DNA from: Candidatus Electronema aureum | GTDB taxonomy: Bacteria > Desulfobacterota > Desulfobulbia > Desulfobulbales > Desulfobulbaceae | Direction: 5' to 3' | DNA length: 24,552 nucleotides | Assembly: GCA_004284765.1 (NCBI GenBank) | Contig: NQJD01000036.1 | Location: 1 to 24,552 of the forward strand | In this document: positions 1 to 6,577 of the stretch, in pieces | Layout: every line of letters begins with the position of its first letter | Numbering within the stretch: position 1 is the first letter of the stretch | Made by a program: the position numbers and the translations under genes | The notes under the pieces: model-generated | The model's input: the letters and a program-made list of their open reading frames with translations, nothing else | What the model was told of the DNA's origin: nothing | Database searches by the model: none

Positions 1-3
1 CTT

Positions 4-1086
4 TCATAAGAACGGCGTTTGGCTGGCGGGCATTCGCCCTCTGAAAACTGAGACCAAGTCGGAAGTCAACTTTTTCAATATTATATTGTTTTTAATGGTA
101 AATTCAATGTGTTTTTTAGGGAGCCGTCCGCTTTGCCACTCATGGTTCACCATTACCGTTGTCCTCGGGTTACTCCCGGAAGCGGAACCGATTATCGGCA
201 AAATATCTTTAAGTTCTCCCTGAAAGTCAGGAGAAATACGTTTAAGGACTTTCTCTCCAAAGTCAACCATCCGCTCTTTGTGCGGCGGTATATGAAACGG
301 AAGCTGAACTATCTTGTCGAGATAAGAGTGCCCTTCAAAATCGGCAATGCCGTATTCTGCACTGTACCTATGCTGCAAGTATCCCTCAATCACGCTTCGC
401 GCAACACCGAGAATAAATATAAATCCCGGCTGCGCAAGAACCAGCTTGATACTTTCCAACAGACTAATTGCCAGATCAGGAAAGCAGCGATCAAGATCAT
501 CTATTATGATAACTATTCGAAAATTTTTATTTTCTGAAAGTGCGGACAGCCTTTCAAACGCCTCATAGTAAAGGCTTCTATCAAGCAGAGGATCAGAAGT
601 GAGCTTTTCGTCCCGCTCAATCATGTCTTTTGCCACAAAGGATGCTTCTACTTCAGCGAATACCGGAAGTTTGATCGTTGATTTTACAGAAAATCCAGAA
701 GCAGCAGCAAGAAGCGATCTGATCAGTGTCTTGCCGCCTTCAGCTAATTTTTCCGTGAACGTCTTATTTCGTTCGAGTTCTCGAATAATTGTCGCGACAA
801 GTGGAACAATCGGATGTTCCTCACGTTCATATCGCCAAGCGTTAAACCAAACGGTTACAACGTTCTCTTTTTCATCCAAATATGACTGGATGAGACGCAT
901 CAAACTCGTTTTTCCTGTACCCCATTCCCCAAAAACACCAATAGTGAATGGTCCCGGCGTACCAACAGCAGCATCCCCTAATACTTTAGAATATGTGGAG
1001 AATCCGAGTCCATCTAAATCGGTGGAATTTCCTTCACCAAGAGCTTCATCCGTAAGCAATACTAACTGCGCCGTATCTGAATCCAT
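4..1086 (-). CDS. KAP family P-loop NTPase (short, no TM insertion)
   Basis: ORF 4..1104. Walker A GEWGTGKTS, FNAWRYE, Walker B IIIDDLDRC, YLDKIVQLPFHIP and NPR motifs. The track start at 1104 is TTG. The first ATG (MDSDTAQ) at 1086, with AAGG upstream, is preferred. TGA stop at 4-6, next to the window edge. Confidence 0.8.
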   Translation of the reverse strand: MDSDTAQLVLLTDEALGEGNSTDLDGLGFSTYSKVLGDAAVGTPGPFTIGVFGEWGTGKTSLMRLIQSYLDEKENVVTVWFNAWRYEREEHPIVPLVATIIRELERNKTFTEKLAEGGKTLIRSLLAAASGFSVKSTIKLPVFAEVEASFVAKDMIERDEKLTSDPLLDRSLYYEAFERLSALSENKNFRIVIIIDDLDRCFPDLAISLLESIKLVLAQPGFIFILGVARSVIEGYLQHRYSAEYGIADFEGHSYLDKIVQLPFHIPPHKERMVDFGEKVLKRISPDFQGELKDILPIIGSASGSNPRTTVMVNHEWQSGRLPKKHIEFTIKNNIILKKLTSDLVSVFRGRMPASQTPFL

Positions 1087-1153
1087 AGAGTAACCTTTTA
1101 TCAAAGGATCAGTCTGTTCGATTATCTGCTCAAAACGTTCTGCTAATTCTTCC

Positions 1154-1171
1154 GGCAGCCGTCTGGCTGCC
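1154..1171. other. Perfect hairpin GGCAGCC-GTCT-GGCTGCC (7-bp stem, 4-nt loop) upstream of the KAP gene
   Basis: Inverted repeat read directly from the sequence. No flanking T-run, so function is unknown. Confidence 0.5.
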
Positions 1172-1188
1172 CATTCCCGGCTGCAAAC

Positions 1189-1398
1189 GCCTCACAGCAC
1201 GCTTTCCGCGCTTCATGTCACGCTTGAAACGTCACGCGGCACGCATGATATGCCTCACGGCACGCTTTCCGCGCCACATATCACGCTTGAAATGCCTTGC
1301 AGCACGCTTTCCGCGCCACATGTCACGCTTGCAACATCACGCGGCACGCATGATATACCTCACGGCACGCTTGACATGCCGCATTGCAAGCGTCAAAT
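1189..1398. repeat. Phased tandem array of ten 21-bp units (105-bp higher-order duplication) sharing a CACGC core
   Basis: CACGC occurs at 1198, 1219, 1240, 1261, 1282, 1303, 1324, 1345 and 1366, exactly 21 bp apart; the tenth unit has CAAGC at 1387. Unit classes are X GCCTCACRGCACGCTTTCCGC, Y GCCACATRTCACGCTTGAAAY and Z RTCACGCGGCACGCATGATAT, in the order XYZXY | XYZXY'. Block 1189-1293 repeats as 1294-1398. Confidence 0.9.
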
Positions 1399-1427
1399 GC
1401 CCCGTTGCCAGCGGGCGGCAGGGCATT
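1396..1427. other. Bulged hairpin AATGCCC..TGCC-loop-GGCA-GGGCATT abutting the repeat array
   Basis: 7-bp outer stem (1396-1402 / 1421-1427) plus 4-bp inner stem (1406-1409 / 1417-1420), 7-nt loop. Lies downstream of the panD stop on the minus strand, with no U-tract. Confidence 0.4.
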
Positions 1428-1490
1428 CTCAAGCGAAGAAAGTCCGAGTTGCGCACTGCGAGCCGCCTTGAACGCTTCTGAAGCGAAGGC

Positions 1491-1853
1491 TCATATATCA
1501 AGCCGTTTCCGCACCTTGTTCTTTTCGTCGCAGAGCAGGATGGTCGGCTCGAAACCGGCCAGCTCGCTCTCATCATATTGGCCATAGGTGACAATGATCA
1601 CCAAATCGCCGACATGCCCCTTGCGGGCCGCCGCGCCGTTCAGGCCGATCACGCCGGAGCCAGCCTTGCCCCGGATGGCGTAGGTTTCAAAACGCTCGCC
1701 GTTGTTGATATTATAGATATTGACCTGCTCGAATTGAACAATGCCAGCGGCATTCATCAAATCTTCGTCAATGGTCATGCTGCCGTCGTAGTTCAGATCC
1801 GCCTGAGTGATTGTCACCCGGTGAATCTTGGATTTAAGCATTGTGCGCTGCAT
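1491..1853 (-). CDS. panD: Aspartate 1-decarboxylase proenzyme
   Basis: MQRTMLKSKIHRVTITQADLNYDGSMTID, with the self-cleavage Gly-Ser site in YDGS. Length of 120 aa is typical. Confidence 0.95.
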   Translation of the reverse strand: MQRTMLKSKIHRVTITQADLNYDGSMTIDEDLMNAAGIVQFEQVNIYNINNGERFETYAIRGKAGSGVIGLNGAAARKGHVGDLVIIVTYGQYDESELAGFEPTILLCDEKNKVRKRLDI

Positions 1854-1874
1854 GAAAAAAAATACCTTTGTATT

Positions 1875-2330
1875 TTAACTTTCAAAAACTTTTTTAAAGT
1901 CAACAGATACGCCGTCTGACTCAACAATCTCTTCATGAAACAATTTTTGTTCGTTATCACTAACGATAAAAATGCTTCTTCCATAAGGCTCGACAGTCCA
2001 GACTGTTTTAATCCCGGCTCTGACCAGCACTTTCGCCTTCTCAAGCAATTCTTGAATGTTCTGGCTTGACGAGATTACTTCAATTGCTAAAACAGGCAAT
2101 TCTTTCATCCGAAGAATATCTTCAAAAAAGTTTGGCTTGATTTTCTCTTTCTTGAAAACAGAGATATCAGGAGTCAGCCCGTTCTCGATATCCAGCGTCA
2201 ATTCTGGCAGTGGCTGCAAGGATTCATCTCGAAGAAGCTGACGCATGATTTGTGCGCAGATATAGCTGTGATTGAGCGAAGGCATTTCTTGCACCTGGTT
2301 TTCCAAAACTGCTTGTGTATCTTCAAGCAT
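1875..2330 (-). CDS. Uma2 (DUF820) family PD-(D/E)xK endonuclease-like protein, N-terminally short
   Basis: PDISVF and LAIEVISSS motifs, followed by AGIKTVWTVEP, fit the Uma2 core. The track start at 2339 is GTG. The ATG at 2330 is preceded by AAGGTGA at 5-nt spacing. Overlaps the cupin stop (ATGCTTGA). Confidence 0.6.
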   Translation of the reverse strand: MLEDTQAVLENQVQEMPSLNHSYICAQIMRQLLRDESLQPLPELTLDIENGLTPDISVFKKEKIKPNFFEDILRMKELPVLAIEVISSSQNIQELLEKAKVLVRAGIKTVWTVEPYGRSIFIVSDNEQKLFHEEIVESDGVSVDFKKVFES

Positions 2331-2670
2331 GATTGTCACCTTCTCTACCAGAATAATGCACCGCTATCCAAATTGTCAGCCTATCCGGGTCTGTCCAAGC
2401 AACCTTATGCTTATCATGGGCGGGAATATGCAGATAATCCCCTTTGTTCAGCGTTACCTGTTTGCCATTTTCAAACAAAATCGTTCCTGCGCCTTCAAGA
2501 ACAAGCACCCACTCGTTTTCTTCCTGATCGTACCAGCCTGATGTGGGCGACGTATGCCCTTTGGAAACAATGCGCTCGATGCGGATATTTTTATTTTGCA
2601 GGAGAACATCAAAGACCTCTTTCCTTGGCTCTGATGGAAACGATGTGAAGATATTTTCAAGCATCGACAT
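2323..2670 (-). CDS. Small single-domain cupin protein
   Basis: IRIERIVSKGHTSP..WYDQEENEWVLVLEGAG..GDYLHIPAHDKHKVAWT is a typical cupin beta-barrel signature, with His residues in the usual motif positions. Confidence 0.75.
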   Translation of the reverse strand: MSMLENIFTSFPSEPRKEVFDVLLQNKNIRIERIVSKGHTSPTSGWYDQEENEWVLVLEGAGTILFENGKQVTLNKGDYLHIPAHDKHKVAWTDPDRLTIWIAVHYSGREGDNHA

Positions 2671-2845
2671 CTTTTTGAATAAGTTGTTTGGATAACCTGT
2701 CCTTCGCTTCTTTCAATTCGGCTTCTGTATCTTCTGCGAATTTCCAGGCGAGAAAACTTGAAAAAGAAAAACATGCAGATAATGCGAGAAAAATTCTCTT
2801 AAAAAGAGAAGCCAAGAGAGCAGGGAAGACTAACCCTGCAGCCAA
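2657..2845 (-). CDS. Hypothetical 2-TM fragment (distal half of a split membrane ORF)
   Basis: The only possible start is TTG at 2845, with no SD. It is in the same frame as ORF 2891..3139, and the 45 nt between them are open and encode SIFLLLLSIIIFYSF. Probably not an independent gene. Confidence 0.3.
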   Translation of the reverse strand: MAAGLVFPALLASLFKRIFLALSACFSFSSFLAWKFAEDTEAELKEAKDRLSKQLIQKDVDA

Positions 2846-2890
2846 AAAAGAATAAAAGATAATTATAGATAATAGTAAAAGAAAAATTGA

Positions 2891-3139
2891 TTATAACCTA
2901 TAACGGATTTCATGCTGAACAGCATCGTCTCTCTCTTTGCTATTGGAAGCAAGTTTGTTTACTTGCTCTTCCCATGCCTTTTTACGAGCTAATGACTTAT
3001 TTTTCCACCATCCACTTTTTGAGAAAAAATTATCTATCGCACCCCTCAGATAAGATGAGAATACATTGATAGCGATGCCAGCAATCACCACGCTGAACCA
3101 CCATACAGGATTAGAAAGTTCGGTAAATATCCGTTCCAA
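2891..3139 (-). CDS. Hypothetical small membrane protein (1 TM plus a charged helix), proximal half of a split ORF
   Basis: TTG start at 3139 preceded by GGGGTGAT. The TM segment is VWWFSVVIAGIAINVFSSY. There is no ATG anywhere in the ORF. Ends at TAA 2891-2893. Confidence 0.4.
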   Translation of the reverse strand: MERIFTELSNPVWWFSVVIAGIAINVFSSYLRGAIDNFFSKSGWWKNKSLARKKAWEEQVNKLASNSKERDDAVQHEIRYRL

Positions 3140-3156
3140 TTTATCACCCCGCCATA

Positions 3157-3792
3157 TTATTTTTCTGCAAAAATCAGCTTGACGATAATTTCTTTCATTT
3201 TCTTCAGGATGCTGAAGATATCCTTGATGTCATCTTTTGTTGCATCATAGGCCAAGCTGCCTGCATAATCGTTTCCTTGCAGCACAACAAAAAACCAGAG
3301 CCGACCCATGACATAGCAACCATACATCGGCTTGCCGTCATGGTTCAGTTTCTGCGCCGCCATCATCGTGACCAGCAATTGCCCCAGTGGGTCGCCGGAT
3401 GCCTCATGCTCTTTCTTGAATTCGTGGATGAAGAAATACGGATGTTTGGGATAACGTCTGCCGCTGGCGACAAAGAAATCAACCATGCCGGAAAGAGTAT
3501 CGTTATCTATCGCTACAGATATTTCCCGTTCTATGAACGACTGATATTGCTCTTCGTCAAAATTAACGGCTGCCAGCAAGGGGAAGATGAACTTTCCTTT
3601 TAGCTCGCTTTCATTCCAATCCCAAACATGATCGAGCAGCTTTTCGCGCAACTCAGCTATCACAGCTTCTTCATCTGGCGTAAGTGGCGCAGCGGCATTC
3701 AGCCACTGATTCAGAGACTCAAGCTGCTTGCACGGATTGAGCGCAAAGGTTTCTTCAACTTCTGCAATCGTCCACTTGGAGAATGATTTCAT
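3157..3792 (-). CDS. HsdR_N-like / PD-(D/E)xK nuclease-fold protein (stand-alone, 211 aa)
   Basis: Pattern [13 protein letters not shown] .. GMVDFFVA .. [10 protein letters not shown] .. [11 protein letters not shown] matches the E..(D)..(E-x-K)..Q layout of type I restriction enzyme R N-terminal-like domains. The start overlaps the panC stop (ATGA at 3789-3792). Confidence 0.55.
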   Translation of the reverse strand: MKSFSKWTIAEVEETFALNPCKQLESLNQWLNAAAPLTPDEEAVIAELREKLLDHVWDWNESELKGKFIFPLLAAVNFDEEQYQSFIEREISVAIDNDTLSGMVDFFVASGRRYPKHPYFFIHEFKKEHEASGDPLGQLLVTMMAAQKLNHDGKPMYGCYVMGRLWFFVVLQGNDYAGSLAYDATKDDIKDIFSILKKMKEIIVKLIFAEK

Positions 3793-4637
3793 AGCACCAA
3801 TCCATTATCAATCAGCCGCACTCTGCCACCGATCTTCACTGCCAAGGCTATCACAGTCTTTTCATCAATTTCGGCAACCTGCTGCAAGGTATCTTGATGA
3901 ACAAAGCTGATGTAATCCACCTCTGTTTCCGGGAAAGAGTGGATGAAGTCCCGAAGCACGGTAGTCAGCCGCTCCGTACTCCGCTCGCCCTCTGCTGCAA
4001 TTGTGCGGGCCAAAGCGAGGGCGCGGGAAAGACTGAGCGCGGATTCCCGCTGCTGTGGCAGAAGATAGGTATTACGGGAACTCATCGCCAGCCCGTCCGC
4101 TTCACGGACAATGGGATGCGCGACAATCTCCACGCCCAGATTGAGATCAGCGGTCATTCGGCGAATTACGGCGAGCTGCTGAAAATCTTTTTGGCCAAAC
4201 ACAGCTACGTCAGGTTGAACGATATTGAAGAGCTTACAGACTACTGTAGCCACGCCAGCGAAATGACCGGGCCGAGAAGCCCCACAAAGCTGCCCAGTCA
4301 ACTCCGCGCCAACCGCCACCGTCGTGCTAAATCCAGCAGGATACATCTCCGCCGCTATTGGTGCAAAGAGAACGGATACGCCCGCCGCTTCGACCATTGC
4401 GCAATCCCGCTCAAAATTTCTCGGATAGGCGGCTAAGTCCTCCTGCGGACCAAACTGGGTCGGATTGACAAAAAGACTCACCGCCACGAAATCAGCAAGC
4501 TGCCCGGCGCGGCGCATCAGGCTGAGGTGGCCTTCATGGAAAAAGCCCATTGTCGGCACCAAGCCGATGCGATGCCCCGCCTTGGCCTGCTCTTTGGCCC
4601 AAGCGGTCATCTCGGCAGGATGGCGGATAATTTGCAT
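3789..4637 (-). CDS. panC: Pantoate--beta-alanine ligase
   Basis: [20 protein letters not shown] (HIGH-type motif) and full-length PanC-like sequence of 282 aa. Confidence 0.95.
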   Translation of the reverse strand: MQIIRHPAEMTAWAKEQAKAGHRIGLVPTMGFFHEGHLSLMRRAGQLADFVAVSLFVNPTQFGPQEDLAAYPRNFERDCAMVEAAGVSVLFAPIAAEMYPAGFSTTVAVGAELTGQLCGASRPGHFAGVATVVCKLFNIVQPDVAVFGQKDFQQLAVIRRMTADLNLGVEIVAHPIVREADGLAMSSRNTYLLPQQRESALSLSRALALARTIAAEGERSTERLTTVLRDFIHSFPETEVDYISFVHQDTLQQVAEIDEKTVIALAVKIGGRVRLIDNGLVL

Positions 4638-5363
4638 TTACTTCAGCAGACGATTCAAGCTACCCTGCACAATTTCCCGCTCAGGAAAACTCTGCGCAAC
4701 AGCCTTACCCTCTTTCTTTTTGCCCTCGCCTAACTCAATCAGGCCCATGTACTGCTGGTACATTTGCACCGCTTTGTCTTTTTTGTTCGTAGCCTCATAA
4801 ATCCGACCTAAGCTGTCCAAAGCCATCGCCTCAAAGCCTTTGAAACCCTTCAGCTGCTGATACACGCCTTCCGCCTTGTCGAACTGTTTTTCTTGCTCAT
4901 AAAGGCCGCCCAAATTGACCAACAGTAGCGGCTTGAGCGGACTTTTTGCTGTGGTCTCTGCATCGACAACAGTCAGCTTGGTGATTGCCTCTTTGGTTTT
5001 GCCTTCTGCCTGCTCAAGATGAGCCAGCGCGATTTTGCTCCACGTTGCAGAGGGCGTGGAGTCGTATTCGTCGGCTACTTTCTGAAGCGCGGCTTTTTTC
5101 AGCTGCGCATCTTTAAGCTCAATAGCTTGATCATAGGCTAAAGCGGCTTTATTCAGAGTGTGTTCACGCCAAGAGCCGTAGAGTGAAACTACCGTGACAA
5201 CTACTGCTGCCGAGCCAGCCACTCGCCAAATAGTTTTTTGATTTTTCTGAAGAAAAGTGATCAGGGCCGGAGGCAGATGAAGCTGATCAAGGATGCCGGG
5301 AGTGCCGACAGCAGCTTGTTCTTGCAGGGTGACATTAAAAACGTTCTTGGGTTTGCTGTCCAT
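4638..5363 (-). CDS. Membrane-anchored TPR-like protein (YfgM-like architecture)
   Basis: N-terminal TM segment (WRVAGSAAVVVTVVSLYGSW), then TPR-like helical repeats (ALAYDQAIELKD.., LGGLYEQEKQFDKAEGVYQQ). Its TAA stop abuts the panC ATG. Confidence 0.75.
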   Translation of the reverse strand: MDSKPKNVFNVTLQEQAAVGTPGILDQLHLPPALITFLQKNQKTIWRVAGSAAVVVTVVSLYGSWREHTLNKAALAYDQAIELKDAQLKKAALQKVADEYDSTPSATWSKIALAHLEQAEGKTKEAITKLTVVDAETTAKSPLKPLLLVNLGGLYEQEKQFDKAEGVYQQLKGFKGFEAMALDSLGRIYEATNKKDKAVQMYQQYMGLIELGEGKKKEGKAVAQSFPEREIVQGSLNRLLK

Positions 5364-5687
5364 GCTCTTTTCTCAACGTTGGGTGGTTTGTGATCTGACT
5401 TTCTCCTGCGGGGTAGCAGCAGCCTCAACTCCTGCTTGCGCGAATAAAGCAATTATTATACCGTGCGTCCTGAAAAAGACATTAATCTTTTGCAGATTCG
5501 AGACTCATTTTGCCGCTTTCGCTCATGAACAACAACAAGCTCGATGAAGTTGCGTGGCCTCACTGCGGCCTGTGTCGCCAGTAACACATGACGACTCATA
5601 TCCTATACTTCCGACCAAAGTGCTACTCCTCCGCCAGAGAAAGATTGGCTGCTTAGTGACAATCAGAACGCTGGAAGGAGATCAATC

Positions 5688-6059
5688 CTACAACTTGCTA
5701 TTCTGACAGCCAGAGCTGACGCATTCCCGCAGGCGGTCTTGCAAAAATTGCGAGCGTTTGACAGTGACAGAGGTGGCGCAGTCGAGATTGATATAAAATT
5801 GATCAGCTTCATGCTTTGAGCAGCGGCTATTTCGTTCACTCATCCAGTCTAATTGACCAGTCTTGAGTTTTCTTTTACCATCTTCATTTAATTTATCGCT
5901 CAGTTTTTTGTAGTTTTCATTCAATTCTTTGTCAGCTTCCTGATAAACTTTGTTTAAGCAATATAAGCCGTCAAAGTCATTCTTTGGATTGTCGCAAGCT
6001 GAGTTGGCAAATGCGGTGTTTGAACAACACAAAATTAAAGTCACGATCAGTTTTTTCAT
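5688..6059 (-). CDS. DUF1311 / LprI-family periplasmic protein
   Basis: Signal peptide MKKLIVTLILCCSNTAFA. Conserved Cys pattern with ADKELNENYKKL .. QLDWMSERNSRC, typical of the lysozyme-inhibitor LprI-like domain. Confidence 0.8.
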   Translation of the reverse strand: MKKLIVTLILCCSNTAFANSACDNPKNDFDGLYCLNKVYQEADKELNENYKKLSDKLNEDGKRKLKTGQLDWMSERNSRCSKHEADQFYINLDCATSVTVKRSQFLQDRLRECVSSGCQNSKL

Positions 6060-6162
6060 TCTGTTTACCTATTTATTTTTTACTGTAAAAGCAGTCTCTT
6101 TGCCCACTGAATTCTCCGTTGTGCCAATAGCAGATTACTGTTCTTGCTTTGCGCTAATGTAT

Positions 6163-6522
6163 TCATCGTACCAAACAACATGAACTACAGCCTGCAGATG
6201 TGTCAACTTGTTGTCCCAAGACCATCGCTTTCCACGCCGTGATGCCGCCCTCCAGATAACAGGTATCCACCTTTCTTTTCTGAAGGAATTCCGCCACCAT
6301 CTTGCTTAATGCACCACCCTTGAGACAATAAACAACGACCCGGCGGCCTGCTGGTATCTCGGCACCCCACTGCTCCAGCTCTTCATAGTCGTACCATTTT
6401 GCGCCAGAGATCATGTCGGGATCGTTCTTGTAGTCCTGCCTACGGCGCACATCAAGGATCAGTACGTCATCGTTGTTCTCCAGCAGGTATTTCAGCTCTT
6501 CCGGCTTCACCGTGTTTTCCAT
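6163..6522 (-). CDS. Single-domain rhodanese-like sulfurtransferase with a Cys-rich C-terminal tail
   Basis: LILDVRRRQDY .. VVVYCLKGGALS .. LEGGITAW. Internal ATG at 6522 preceded by GAGGA. The longer track ORF (to 6726) overlaps the kinase 3' end. Confidence 0.85.
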   Translation of the reverse strand: MENTVKPEELKYLLENNDDVLILDVRRRQDYKNDPDMISGAKWYDYEELEQWGAEIPAGRRVVVYCLKGGALSKMVAEFLQKRKVDTCYLEGGITAWKAMVLGQQVDTSAGCSSCCLVR

Positions 6523-6577
6523 GTTGCATTCCTCGCTGTGAGCGATTTTTTTTATTACAAAAAATAGAGCAGATACG

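Noticed and set aside
109-1093. Plus-strand ORFs 109..537, 347..568 and 599..1093, antisense to the KAP gene
   Set aside because: These are shadow ORFs opposite a well-supported CDS, with low-complexity Ser/Arg-rich translations.
1189-1398. Possible CRISPR array
   Set aside because: The units are contiguous 21-mers with no unique spacers. The unit length is too short, and no cas genes are present in the window.
1435-1448. GAAGAAAGTCCGAG, resembling the RNase P RNA CR-I box (GGAAAGUCC)
   Set aside because: None of the other conserved RNase P regions (for example GGUAAGGGUGAAA, ACAGAACCCGGCUUA) is nearby. The sequence runs into the panD coding region within 45 nt.
1215-1594. ORFs 1215..1481(+), 1250..1471(+), 1384..1587(+) and 1337..1594(-), encoding heptad-like repetitive peptides (ARFPRH/SRLK..)
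   Set aside because: They are by-products of the 21-bp DNA periodicity (7 codons), open in several frames and on both strands. They have no SD, and one overlaps panD. There is no support for coding.
6157-6165. TGA stop of the rhodanese gene after a Cys-rich tail, as a possible selenocysteine codon
   Set aside because: Readthrough would meet an in-frame TAG two codons later, and I saw no SECIS-like hairpin directly downstream.
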